From: Chrysomallon squamiferum
Taxonomy: Eukaryota; Animalia; Mollusca
Direction: 5' to 3'
Assembly: GCA_012295275.1 (NCBI GenBank)
Contig: CM022679.1
Span: forward strand, 22,320,001-22,384,000
DNA length: 64,000 bases
The notes beneath the pieces were generated by a model. It saw only the letters and a program-made list of their open reading frames with translations, had not been told where the DNA came from and ran no database searches. A program made the translations under genes and the position numbers. This document shows, piece by piece, positions 27,600 through 41,249 of the stretch (within the stretch, counting starts at the first letter, position 1; each line of letters starts with the position of its first letter).

Positions 27600-28620
27600 C
27601 ACATGACTGCCTGTTATGAAAGAGACTGCATCTTTTTCTTTCTCTTTTCTTCTTCATCTTCTTCTTTTATTATGATTATTATTATTATTATTATTATTAT
27701 ATAACTGTTTTTATTTAGCTCTAGCTGCTGTGTTTTTATAAACAAACTTCGAGATTTTCTCGAAGTGCTGTAGGTGAGAATGTTTTGAGTACAGGTTCCT
27801 CTTAATCTTGGCATTTGTTCCATATTTAAAATTAATCAAATCAAATTTTACTCACACTGTCTCATGAAGTTTGTGAAATTAGTTTCAGTTTAGTAAATAC
27901 TGAAGACACTTTTTTTTTTTTTTTTTTTTTTAAATAAATCGATAGAAGATAATAAAATGTTTTGAATAGTACAGGATTGTAATAAGCGATCTGGTTATGG
28001 ATTTGGTAAGGTAAGATTTTTCCAGAACTTGTTAACAATATGTTTATAATATTTGATGTTTAAAAATAGGAAAAGGTGAAAATAATAATAATAATAAAAG
28101 AGACCAAAAATAACAAGGAAATAAATTTATTTTTAAAAAAAAAAAAAAAAAATATCGTTTCATGACTAAAATTTAAAAAATAACAAATTTTTTATTTATT
28201 TATTTATTTATCTTCATGAGATATTTGATGTGTCCGTCCACAGTTAGGAACATATGTCTGTGATTAAGATACCCTTATTTTATCACCTCCGTCCATGGGT
28301 TTTCTTACTTTATCTAATCTCAGTGTATTTATTACTGCTGATATCGAGGTTTGATCCAAACAAAGGCAAGACTGTGATCTGTATATTTTGTGAGTGTAAA
28401 AAAAAATTTCAAGATCTTTTGAAATGTTTAATGATCAGCTGGATTTGTATTGCACTTTGATATTGTGTTGTAGAACATTTTTTTTTGTTGTTTATTAAAG
28501 GGTCAACATAAAAAAAAAAAAATGTCTTTGTTTTTATTTTGTAAATTTGTTATCGAATTTTGAGAAATATTATGTTTAGAAATATTACATAGTAGATGTA
28601 CAAATATGACCTCTACCTAT
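27600..28620 (+). repeat. Direct repeat R1 (partner R2 at ~41250-42500)
   Basis: Core 28277-28474 is about 93% identical (hand count) to 42186-42383 in the same orientation. The flanks align more loosely, e.g. 27700-28040 with 41310-41690. Outer limits are approximate. Confidence 0.85.
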
Positions 28621-29882
28621 AGTTCCCAGAATAAACAGTGTAAAATTAAAAATTAATTTCTCTTGTTGCAGTAGGTTTTCTTATTAATTATATGAGGACA
28701 TACATCTTTTAATAATATTAATAATTTATCTCGTTATGTGTATAAGAATTGATGATAAAACAGATATATATGTTTCGAGAGGTTGCCTGATCATTTTTCT
28801 GTGCTTTCACTGAACTATCTTCCACTTAGGTAATGCCATGGAATAGTTACAGGGGGAACAAGTGACTTACTGAATAAATAAATGGAGTCTTAGCAAGATT
28901 TTTTTTTTTTAACTAGTTCAGTTGTGTTCATTCTTATCTCTTCTTTTTCTTTGTAGTCACCATCGTCTTCTTCTATTACTTCTTCTTCTTCTTCTTCTTC
29001 TTCCTCTTGTATAACAATATTAATAATAATAAATGGAAAACAGATTTCTGTGTGTGTATCTAAATCTCAAAATGTATCTTAATGTTGTATTTGGCCCAAA
29101 TCTTTTTATGAAAGATTTTTGGATGGTTGCTGAAAAAATGCCTTCCTTGGTACATTCATATAGCTGAATACATTTTATGTACATGTACTTAAAAGTTTGT
29201 AAGTTTGAAATCTAATCTTTGTTAATGATAAAGTATTACATATGGACATTCACTTTCAGGAAAATTGAAAAAATATACATAAATAAAAAATATATTCTGT
29301 GTAGATTTTAAAGTTGCTAAATCATCAGAGTGACATTTTTTCTATCTGTTTTAATTAAAAAAAAAAATTTTTTATCTCATTATTTATTCATTTTTTTAAA
29401 TTTATTTGTATATTTTTATCCTACATTAATGACAATTCTCTGTTAGTTATTGCGTCAACTGTTAACCAGTTAATATTCATTGATTATAATTGTGAAAACA
29501 CCAAACTAAACATGCTTCCATTACAGACTAAAAATAGAACATTTTTAAAATTTATTTTTAACCATCAATAATTTTACAAGCAAGAAAAATAATGTCAGTG
29601 CACTTAAAAGTTACTCAAATTAAACTTAATTTGATTTTAATAAATAGTGACCTCTACAGGATAGCTTTGGGGTCACCACAGTGCTTTACAAGAAGACCCC
29701 AAAATGTTCAACTGATTGTCATTACATTCCTTTTTTGGTTTCCATGTGAATGGATTCTTAATGTTACAAACAACAGCTAACTATGTGCTTGGTCTTTACA
29801 AATCTGTTGCTTGGCTTTTGTTCATTTTGTCACTGGAATCTTTGCAATTCATTACAGAAAACATTTTGTCCTCAATTTTGTT

Positions 29883-32059
29883 TCATTGAAATGTTCTGCT
29901 GGTTTCTCCTTCAGCACTGTTGGTCGTTTTGTCAACAGTGAACATTTTTACTATTTCCTCTTTTGCGTTACATTCTTTGTCATACTGGAATAAAAAAAAA
30001 AAAATAAAAGACTGTTTCATGGTAGTTGTAGAAAACAGACATTTTGTACTCGAACCAGAATAATAGTTTACAGTAATGTGTGTGTGTGTGTGTGTGGATA
30101 GATACAGATTCTGAAATTAAAAATTAACATTGTTTACTTAAAGCAAATTTAATGCTAAAATGAGAGAGCAGGATAATAACTACAAGCTAAACAAATGTTT
30201 TGCTTTCTATGAATTTCAGTTCAAATATCACTCAATATTATTCTGAGAACTTTTGGAATACAACTTTGAATTTTCTGTAGTTTATGGTTTGTCCAAGTCT
30301 CAAATAAAGAAATTGGATCTCTCCTACTCAAAATGTTCCAGTAAACGTGCAAACAAAATACTAAACTTAAGATATATATTTTTTTCATTTGTTGTTCTTT
30401 TTTTTTTTGTTTTTTTTTTTTAAAGATTATATATTAATCTTAAAGGTTTTGCAACATTATTGAATCTCATACCCATGCCATGACTATTATTAAAGACAAA
30501 ATAAAAGGTCATTCATTAATACACTGAGGTGATTTGGATTTACCAGGTTTAAAAAGTGTAGCCTACCGCATTCAGTTTTGAGTCAGTGAAATTATCAAAA
30601 TTAAGGGCAAAAATCATATTTCAATCAGCTTGAATCATCAATGATGTTATCAAAATTAGAAGTGAACTCTTAGCCTCATTCAGTTTTGAGTCGGCGAAAT
30701 AAAATAAAAATAAAAATGACTCTACCTCCATTTCCGAGTCAAGAGTCAAGTTTGGATTCACATCTGACATCTTCATTTTGCTGTAGTCGACTCCAAAACG
30801 AAGAGGTTTTCGAATCTTCTCTGGCAGGTAAGGAAAGAGGACATCAAACAAAGGACAAAACAGTGATGGGTCGGAGTCAGAAGGTTTGTTTCTACCTGAA
30901 CAAATAAATGAATGAAAGAAAGTGTGAATTACTGAATGGAAAGAAGGAATGAATGAGCATGATTAATGAGAATATTTGTTTAAAAACGTTTATGTAAAGA
31001 ATAAATGAATAAATAAAAAATTGATGTAACTAAGTTTTATCGAATACATGTAACAGTAATATAAAACATATTTAAAAAAAAAAAAAAACACAACTATAAT
31101 ATAATAATGACGTTCATGTAATTTTAGTTAGAACTGATTACTTAATCTGATGTAATATTTATTCAGAATATTTCATGAATAAAGATACTTTATACTTTTT
31201 TTTTTTTTTAACAGAATACTCTAACAGAATTTTTTTTTTTTTTTTTTAGTTTTCTGATAAAAATTTGTTTTGTTTAATGTCAGATCATGAGAAAAAAAAA
31301 GAATGAAAAGTTTAATTGGCAATTAACACAGTATAAATCATTAACCTAAATAAACATACTAATAATTTAATAAAAATGGCTTCTTACCTGTTATCAAGCT
31401 AACCAGCATACCAACTACGACAACAACTAACACAGCCGTAGCAGCGTACCACATGTATGACAACGTGTACAATTTCGTCAGAGGGCTGCTGCAATTTAAA
31501 TATCGTATTTTATTTATCAATCGTTCGTTGTTATTAGAGTAAAATCATTTTGAAAATACAAATCCGAAAAGCTTAGAATCTATGTCTTTTATTTATTTAT
31601 TTTTTTATTTTATCCTAGTTGTTACATCAGAATTTAAAAAAGGAGTATATAAAAACAAAACAAAAAAATATATATATATTTATATAAAAAATTTAAAAGC
31701 TCTTTACAAAATACAGTAATTATGGACAGTTCCCTTTCCAAAATATTGATTTGTTTACTAAAGTTAATGGAACGTGTTTTCCTGTCTACGGCGTGAAAAT
31801 ATGAGAAAACGACAAACAAACAAGCAAGCACAAATCACGTAAAAGCTCTTTACGAAGCACTCAGCAGTTTGGTCAGTTGTACGTACTCGTCATAGTTTTC
31901 TTGTCTCATGAAGTGTCCGGCCGACGATTTTGCTGATGTCCAGTTGCAGCCGTGTATCTCGACGGGGAGCTGGCTATCAACGGTCGGTTTGTGAACTACA
32001 AAGCCGACTCCAATCCAGAACATGAGCGCTAGACTGCTGATCAAACCAGCCACTGCGCC

Positions 32060-32126
<67 letters not shown>

Positions 32127-32979
32127 ATTTAAAATCTGTTTTTTTTTTTCACTAAATTTTATAATGTATGTGTATGTGTACGTATATTTCTATACATATA
32201 TATATATATATATATGGGTATGTGTATATGTATATATGTATGTATGTATGTACATTTATATGCATATATAACAATTGTAACCTTATTTTGGCACTAGCAC
32301 ATTCAAACAAAAATTCCTAAACGGACTTAAAATAAATCAAACTAAAATTATTCAGCATCAAATTACATTACTGAGATATTTTTGCACTGTAACAAAAGGA
32401 AGGCAAGAACAGTTAGAAAATAAAACAGCGTTACTGATTGGTTGGCCCATGGAAACAGCATTCCCAGTGTAAAAATGCCGAGGATTGGTCCGCCTATCAT
32501 TCCAAAAAAGGCCAGGGCGGTCTGAAAGAGAGAAAAACAATTGGATTAACTGAAAGTGTGCAAAATCTCGCTGAAGCCCGTTAACCTATCGACTTTATAA
32601 ACTGATTAGCATGGTAACGCGCTCACCTGAAGGATTTCCCCAGAAAGAGCTGCTATGTATGTCAGTCCTATACAAGCCGAGCCAAAAACTAGTCCTGTAA
32701 CAGAACAAAATAGTTTGCTGGACATGACGAATAAACATTAAATTTAACAAAACACTTACAATCACTAGAAAAAGTTCAAGAATAAAACAAGCCAAAAAAA
32801 AAAAAAAAGTCCCCGCACACAAATTACAAATAAACAAAAACAAACAAAAACACAGACAAAAATGAAAAGAGAAAACGAATAGTTTGTCTTCTTCTTCTTC
32901 TTATTATTATTTCTTTGAAAATTTCTGAATCATTAGTCTTTCCTATCAAAAAGATGAATCTATGAAAATAAGGTGCCAA

Positions 32980-33036
<57 letters not shown>

Positions 33037-33206
33037 AACCTTTCGTAATGCGCGTCGCTGTTCTCTCAGTCATGTTTGGACTGATTTTTCTTATTATATC
33101 TTCAAGGACAACAGCTGATATGGAATTAAGTCCTGAGGAAATGGTGCTGAAATAAACAAAATGAAATGAAATAAAATAAAATGAAATGAAATAAAATAAA
33201 ATAAAA

Positions 33207-33241
<35 letters not shown>

Positions 33242-33414
33242 ACAAACAAAAACAAATGAATGAATGAATAAATAAATATAAAATCGTCCAGCTGCTAAAC
33301 CAAATAGGCAACTGCGGAATATCACGGCTATAATATACATTTATTTTATTTTATTTTATTTTATTTTATTACATTTATTTATTTCAATTCATAATATTTC
33401 TTCTCTTTTCGTCT

Positions 33415-33449
<35 letters not shown>

Positions 33450-36360
33450 TTACTCACCTGAGAGCTCCACTAAAAAGACAAGCCACAAACAAGCCTGGAA
33501 TACCTTTAATATGTCCCAAAACATCCATCACAAACAGTGGCAAAAGCTACAATAAAAATAAGAGATGTTCTGTTTTAATTTTATATTTTAACCACTGTTT
33601 TAGAAACAGTTTTAGATTTATCCACAGTTGAAATGGAATGCTAATGAAATTATGAATAATGGAATATCTACTTCATTCACACACGAGTAATAATGATCAT
33701 TATCTTTTCTCTTTTTATTTTTGAATCCATATCAGTTATCGATTTTATTTCAATATAATTTTTAAAAAATTACTTATTATTAAGATCTGATAACTAAGCC
33801 AAAGGTAGTTCATAATTCCGGGAAAAGGATTTTTTTTTATTTATCCTGCAATCAATATAAATTATCGCCAGATATGATAATTAAATAAATTTCTATATTT
33901 TCGATTACTGATAGAATTATTTACTTTTGTTATGAGTGGTGATTCAAGAAATAGAATAGTTAATTTAATTAAGTTTTTTTTATTATTATTATTATTATTT
34001 AATATTGCAGGATAAAAAGAAATAATTGATTACTTTATTAAGATATCAGCTTTATCCTGATCAGGTCGAACGACGAATTATAGCTCAGCAAAGCCTCGCT
34101 GCGTTAGGCATTCTTACCTTCGCAGAATAAAGCTGATATATCTTATGGCAGACAGTAACTAGGTATTCTCTGTATATCATATAATAATAATCATAATGAT
34201 GATGATGGTGTCAACAACAATAACAACATTAACGCCCAACCGTATCCCATTTCTTCAGCCTCTCAGGTAAATTTTCATTATCGTTTCTCACCTGATCATC
34301 GTCATTTATGGTTCCAAAGACAGTGGGGTCACAGTGCTTGTAGAAAACGTAGGCTAGAATGCCTGTCACTGCTGACAAAAACAGCATCAGTGTAAGGCCT
34401 GGCACATTTATCCACATAGCTCTGAAAAGGAGAAAACAAGATAATAATATTTAACTCATGATTTGTTTTCGTAAAGAAATTAAATTTTAAAACTGAACGT
34501 AGAAGAAAGTATGTTATTTTGTTTAAAACGATAGATAGTTTGTATTGCATTGCATTGTATTGTATTGTATCTAATTTTATTTTATTTTATTTTATACGTG
34601 TTAATGTCAGAAAGAGAGTAGGCGCTATAGTCAGGAATAACAACGACGACGACGTCATCAACAGCAACGACAATAACAACGATGACGATGATGTTGATAA
34701 TGATGATGATTTAATAAAACGTCTCGCCTACAACATCAGTTTGGAGAGAGAAAGAAAGAGAGAGAGAAAAAAGTCCCCGCACACCACAATTAATATTATA
34801 GTGTTGTATCCAGATTTCGAAAAGGGGAGATAATTACTGGAGTAAATAAAATTTTCAAGACAAAAATGTAGATTTTTACTTTGAAGAAAAAACTACAAAA
34901 AAAAAAAAACTCCACGTATCTGACGGTACAGAATGTCTGCCGAAGTCTGTGACTGGATCCGTGTAGGCACGCACACACGCACGAACGCACGCACGCACGC
35001 ACGTATGCACGCACTCTAAAGAAAATTGTTCTCACAACTGAGCTTTCTTCAACGTAGGACACGTGACCGCTCTCTGGACCTGGGCTTGGTTAGTACCGTA
35101 AACAAATGTCCAGAGAAAAGCGCCACCTATCACCAGTGACCAGACGCTGTGACGTACGGACGGATTAACACTGAAACTGAATAAAGACAAAATATTATTT
35201 TTAAAACGCATGCACGCATGCATGCACACACACACAGACACACACACCACACACACGTGTGATATTTTAATCTTGGACAGTAGTAATGCTGATTATGAAA
35301 AGCTGTATATAAATGTTACTGAATTAGAATTTCTTGAATAAAACAACATAGTTATGTACTTTTCTCTCGCTCAGTTTGTAAATATAATATAAAATGAAAA
35401 ACAAAAACAAAAAAATCCTCATTTATTTATATCCACCATAAATGGAAATGAAACTTCTACAGAATCTTCTATCTCACATTCATTTTATTTAAAATTTTAA
35501 AAATTTTATTTTAATGAAGAGATATATTTAAAATGTTTTCAGAAATTGTGATGGTAGGTAGTAAATGATAGTAGTAGTATCGGTGATAGTGACAAGTATA
35601 GTAGATAGTAGTAGTAATAGTAGAAGTATCAGTAGCAACAGAGGAATAATGGTGATTTAAGAAATAATAACAGAATAATCAGTGGAAGTAATAGCAGTAG
35701 TTGTAGTCGTATTAGAAGTAGCAGTAGTTGTGGTAGTAGTAAATGTTTTAGTAATAGTAGTGGTAGTAGTAACAGTTTTAGTAATAGTGGTGGTAGTAGT
35801 AATAGTCTTAGTAATAGTGGTGGTAGTAGTAAAAGTCTTAGTAATAGTGATGGTCGTAGTGATAGTTTTAGTAATAGTGGTGGTCGCAGTAATAGTTTTA
35901 GCAATAACCGTTGTCGTTTATCATTTCAGGAAATCTGCTTGCTTTGTTTTCTGTCTGTTGTGTTAGTGAACCTCTGCGATGTGTTTGTCACTTTGCTTAC
36001 ATCAAACCCTTACTCTGTGAAATGAATGCGTCCATTGGCAGAAGAGACCTCCAGAGCGTTCATAAACCCGTCCACCTCGATGCTGCCTTGTACAACTATT
36101 GCTAAGAGGCCGGTAATCATAACAATTACTTGAAACGTGTCGGTCCACAGCACTGTCTTCATTCCACCCTAAAACCAGCAAGAGAGAACGTTTTACGATA
36201 CATTGGAAAAACCAGATAATGACCACACAGGTTTACATTCTGTCTTTCTTGTACTTTAATTCTTTCATTCATTAACACAAGGGGCTGATCCTGAATAAAA
36301 AATTGTTCTGAAGCACTTGTTTGAATGGTATAAAATCGAAAGAATTAATCGAACTTAAAA

Positions 36361-36393
<33 letters not shown>

Positions 36394-36772
36394 TAGACAT
36401 ACGTACCAATGCTGTGTAAAAGGTGCATACGACACCAACAGCCCAAACCGAACCCCAAAGAGGAAATCCGGTTACTGAAATAACAATTTAAACAATTTAC
36501 AATAAAAAAATAAATGAATTAATTAAAGAATAATAATAAACTATAAACCAACAAAGAGTTCTTCGGAAGCAAAGAGAAAACAAATGATTCTCATACACAG
36601 GACATACGTTTTTCTGTAATCTTTTTGCTGTAACGGCGGTTTTGTGTAATCATGTATATGCGTGTTGTTGTTTGTTTTTAAAAAAATTCTGTTTTAGCTT
36701 ATTATTATTAATAATATTTTTGTTGTTGTTGTAGTTGTTTGCTTTTTTGTGGAATTTTGAAGGTCCTTTATA

Positions 36773-36803
<31 letters not shown>

Positions 36804-37482
36804 ATAAGAATTTTGTAATTCATTTTTTTATCTTTATTCTTTATTTTCCCCTTTCATCAATAACCTTTATCCTTATATTTGTTTGTCATTTATGACAAGA
36901 TCATTAACGGAGCTAAGGTTCGTGTAAATAAATGACTTACCAGCGTTAAGAGCCAGTGAAGGTGCATATAACACACAGGCCATGTATACAGTCTGTACCA
37001 TAAAATAATATAACACAATGCAACGTAATATGAGATGACGTCAAAAGCATAACAACGTAATATAAGATGACGTCAAAAGCATAACAACGTAATATAAGAT
37101 AACGTCAAAAGCAAAACAACGTAATATAAGAAAACATCAGAAACGTAACAACGTAATATAAGAAAACGTCAGAAATACAACAACATAATATGAGAAAACG
37201 TCAGTAACATAACGTCAGAAACTGCAAATAACAGTTAATATAACATAATAACAACGTAACGTAATGTAACATAGCAATATAGCATAACATAGAAAAAACC
37301 TCAGATCGACCAAGTGATATTAAATTGAAAAAGAATGGCAGATTTTAATATTTATCAATAAGGTCGTTTATTTATTTGTTTATTTTATAATAATGTAAAT
37401 CTTTACATTGGGTCTAATATATATATATATATTATATATATTGAATAAACACTTTTTGAATCAGTATTGTTTTATCAATCAT

Positions 37483-37581
<99 letters not shown>

Positions 37582-37705
37582 TAAATATATGTAAAACTAA
37601 CCATCTGAACGACATATGTTAACGCTCCGGCCACTCTGGCTATGGAACCAAATCTTAATTGCAGATACTGAAAATACAAATAACTAAAATACCATTACAA
37701 TAGAT

Positions 37706-37738
<33 letters not shown>

Positions 37739-37741
37739 TCT

Positions 37742-37773
<32 letters not shown>

Positions 37774-38720
37774 GTTGATTCTGTCAGGGTTATTCATTAA
37801 TCTCTAATGCATAATCCACAACATCATCACAAAATCTTTTTCTTTTTTTCATATTGCGTACTAAACACAATCAACCTTAAGGTCAAAGTAAAGGTCAAAA
37901 GGTCATTAACAATTAAATGATCACTAGGTACAAATCAATGTCATTTCTGGAATCCTCGTTAAGTCATCTTTCCAGAAATAGCCATTTCAGCATGACTGAC
38001 CAATGTGTCTCGCATTATGTGCAATAAATATTTTAATGAACAAACAAACACCTTTAGTGTTAGTACTATTTTAGTTTTGTACTAACTATTTAAAACAAGA
38101 GAATTCACACAATACATTGCATATCTTATAGATTATCCATTTTGGTCAAATTGGTTCTTAACTTACTGACTTTGTTCATAAATGGTAAAAAAAAATATAT
38201 TATTATTATTTATTTTTAAATATATATAATGTTTATGATTCATTTATTTATTGTTTTTCAGTCGCTCTTTCTTTCATTCTTTCTTCAGTACGTTCATTCA
38301 TTCATTCATTATTTAAAATAAAGAGTAGGAAAAACTTCTCTTTATTTTCTCACGTACCTCATAGCAGCTAGTGACGCCGAGTCTGTAGAAGACAGGTATG
38401 TAGACGTGGGCAGCAAAGAAAATGGCAAAAATGTAAGACACGGCGACCCACAAGTACAGGGTCCCATAGCTGTATATTTCAGCTGGGGTCCCTAGGACAG
38501 TTATAGCACTCATGAAACTGGCCAACATGGACACAGCCACGGGCAGCACGTGCATGTTCCCGCCAGCCAGCAGAAACTCTACTGTCGTCTGCTTTTTCCT
38601 GTCCTTTATGGCGAAGAAGATTCCTATACCAGCAGATATGCTGAGCACGGCAGCGAAAAGAACGTAATCGACAGAAGTGAAAGTGCTTGCATTTCCTGTC
38701 TGGTAGCTGTATTTTCTCAT
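29883..38720 (-). CDS. Sodium:solute symporter, SLC5A5/6/8/12 subfamily (sodium-dependent multivitamin / monocarboxylate transporter-like), copy A, 625 aa
   Basis: 15 in-frame GT-AG exons (plus-strand coordinates, in transcript order): 38358-38720, 37602-37667, 36941-36992, 36407-36474, 36014-36168, 35036-35176, 34292-34421, 33458-33546, 33034-33146, 32627-32694, 32435-32521, 31887-32059, 31388-31488, 30726-30895, 29883-29984. Motifs: [112 protein letters not shown]. Confidence 0.93.
34039..34145. mobile_element. Small palindromic MITE-like element in intron 7 of SLC5 copy A
   Basis: Inverted arms taagatatcagctttatcctg (34039-34059) and cagaataaagctgatatatctta (34123-34145) flank a GC-richer core. 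No counterpart is visible in intron 7 of copy B. No target-site duplication was confirmed. Confidence 0.4.
35740..35905. repeat. 30-bp minisatellite in intron 5 of SLC5 copy A
   Basis: Unit ~agtggtggtagtagtaatagttttagtaat, about 5-6 copies. Its reverse complement is present at 51690-51835 in copy B. Confidence 0.85.
37021..37212. repeat. 32-bp minisatellite, 6 copies, intron 2 of SLC5 copy A
   Basis: Unit caacgtaatat(a/g)agatgacgtcaaaagcataa, head-to-tail with no spacers, degrading left to right. Confidence 0.9.
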
Positions 38721-39327
38721 CTTGTCTCTTGCTGTTAGAAGTCGGCGACAATCGTTGAACTGACGTTTGCAGCGATATACAGAAACTGTTCCTAACAGCG
38801 TTTTTTTTAAAACAAAATTTATATCATTCGATGATGTCGCAAGGTCCAAAATCTGTGATCTGCCGATTCTGTTATTATTATAATTTAATTTTTTTTTTTT
38901 TTTTTTTTTTTTATATCGATGTCCTATCAGAATAGACAGCAATAATAGTTTTATAATTCGGTCTCGTTAACAAAGATATTTCGATAACATTTCTCCCTTG
39001 AGTGATTCAGAGCCAAACTACATTGACTGCAACGCACGTTGTCGACCTTGCTGTTAAGTTGTTTTCGCCCTTGGCCTTACAAACATAATAAATAGAATCA
39101 GTCGCAGAATTGCAATTTGAAACTAAAGTCTCGAAGTTTTAAACGTCATAAACTCTGTGCACGAGATAACCCGGTCTGTGGTATACGTTTTATTTTTTTA
39201 TTTTTTGTAACCTTCGTGATGTTTAATATTCATGAATATGATGTGAATATTCTTGCACGAGGAGAGGAGGCGGTTAGAATAATTTTATTTTTAAAGTGAC
39301 TTTCAGGTAATTATCATGTATGGATTT

Positions 39328-39358
<31 letters not shown>

Positions 39359-40519
39359 TTTTCTCACTTAGATATCTGTAAACGTTATCAGTACATGAAC
39401 TAATGAACATGTACTAAAGCAACTATGTGTCTGCAGTTTTTAAAACTATTAATTAATTATTTTTCTCATTGTTGGCTTCTAGAATTTATTTATTTATTTA
39501 TTTATTTATTTTCATATTCTTTCTTTCTTTTTCATTTTATATTCTTTCTCTCTTTTTATTTTTTTAAATTCATTATTAGTTATTATTATTATTTGTTGTT
39601 GTTGTTTTGTTTTAAAATTATATTTCAATTATTTATTTTATTATTCAGTTATTATTTATTAAATCACTTTGTATATTAAAAGAAATAGAGTAATTTAAAA
39701 TACTCCTAGACTGTGTTTATACTGATTTTAATTCCAGACTGTCGATACATTACTGTCATAGTTATCGACATTTTGCAATCTTTTTTCATTATCAGTATAA
39801 TTAATTGCGTTGAAATGATGATGATTAATTCATTTGTCCTCCTCCTCATCAAAATCGTTAACATTTATATCTTCTTTTGCTTTTATTTTCTCCTCTTTTT
39901 CTTCTTTATTTACTCTACCAGTGTAGTCATCATATGATCTCTTTATTTTTTCATCATCATGACTCTTTTTATTTATATCATCATCATCATAAACCTCTTT
40001 ATTTTTGTCATCATTATCAAGAACCTCTTTATTTTTATCACCATCATCATGACCTCTTTATTTTTATCATCATAATCATTATCATAGTCTTCTTGTCATC
40101 GTCTTTTTTCTGTATCATCATCATCATCATGACCTCTTTAATTTCATCATCATCATTACTACGACTCTCTTTATGTTTAATGTCTTCAACATCGTCATCG
40201 TCATCGTTCCATTTTTTTTTTGTCATTATCGGCTTCGTCTTCTTTCCTGTGATTTTATATTAAATTATACAGAAACAAAAATTTTGCCGCTTTTACATCT
40301 AGCTTCACAAAAATTGGAAATGAAATATCGCAGAGTTTTAATGTATTTCCCTGGTACTGACTTGAGGCATAGCCAGGTCCTCAAATTAACGACAATACCA
40401 CCACCAACAACAACAGCAACAACAACAACAGCAGCAGCAGCAGCAACAACAACAACAACAACAATAATAGGTAAGAAATAATATGATTCAGCTTTTATCA
40501 AAAAACCTGCTGGAAAACT

Positions 40520-40690
40520 GCTAAATTTTTAAGAGTTACGTTCTGAGGGAGTGGTCGGTTCCTTGTCCCCTCGCTCACTTCGCTACTAGAAATGACTGAC
40601 AGCCAGTGAGAACAACTAGGACTGACGCGGAAACCCGCCACATGTCAGGATTTCTGATTGGCTGTTGCCATAGCGCCATTAAAACGTGTA
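40520..40690. promoter_or_regulatory. Promoter-like GC-richer island in the spacer between the divergent SLC5 genes
   Basis: CpG-containing island with an inverted CCAAT box CTGATTGGCT (40654-40663) directly abutting X-box-like GTTGCCATAGCGCC (40664-40677). Confidence 0.35.
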
Positions 40691-41249
40691 TGGGTTATGT
40701 ATAACGAGATACAGCTTTAAAAATAAATAAATTTAGGTTTCATTTATTATAAAAATCAAGCCATGGAAAATCTAAGTTTAATTAACAAAACAAAAACAAT
40801 TAATTTTTTTTATTTTTTTATTTATCAGTTTTTTTTCTATATTATTTTCACTTTTTTCTTCATATTTTAAATATAACTTTTTCTTGCATATTTCACTATT
40901 TGAATTAATTTTTTGTGATATTTTTAAATGGTAATTTGTGTATTTGTAAATGTATTTCCTTGTTAATATTTACACGTTTTCGTGTTTTTAAATGTATTAA
41001 ATGATATACAGAGTTTACGCACATAATAATATTGTTATTAAATACTTAAAGTTGAATATTAACACCAGCTCTTTTTAAACTGCAGTTCTCAGGGGCGGAT
41101 TATACTTTGAGTTTGTGAAATAGAATATTTTATTATATAATCTTCTATAATTAAATGTCTGAGTCTTATTTTGTAAATGAATTTCTGTTAGATGATAAGG
41201 TATTGTTTAAGCTAAAAATAACGTTTATGTTAATAGTTTGTACTCAGTT

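Noticed and set aside
28254-28460. Duplicated small protein (68 aa and 75 aa ORFs at 28254 and 42124)
   Set aside because: The similarity comes from the DNA repeat core. Starts and stops are not shared and there is no recognisable domain.
37021-37212. 32-bp repeat array as a CRISPR array
   Set aside because: Units are head-to-tail with no unique spacers, it lies inside a eukaryotic intron, and there are no cas genes.
29883-38720. Copy A as a pseudogene or an assembly haplotype duplicate of copy B
   Set aside because: All 15 exons are in frame with canonical splice sites. About 20% divergence in several exons and very different intron lengths exceed allelic variation.
38313-38942. 209-aa ORF as an N-terminally extended SLC5 copy A
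   Set aside because: The extension runs through a poly-A tract from a non-ATG start and is not conserved in copy B. The shared ATG at 38720/44783 follows an Inr-like motif.
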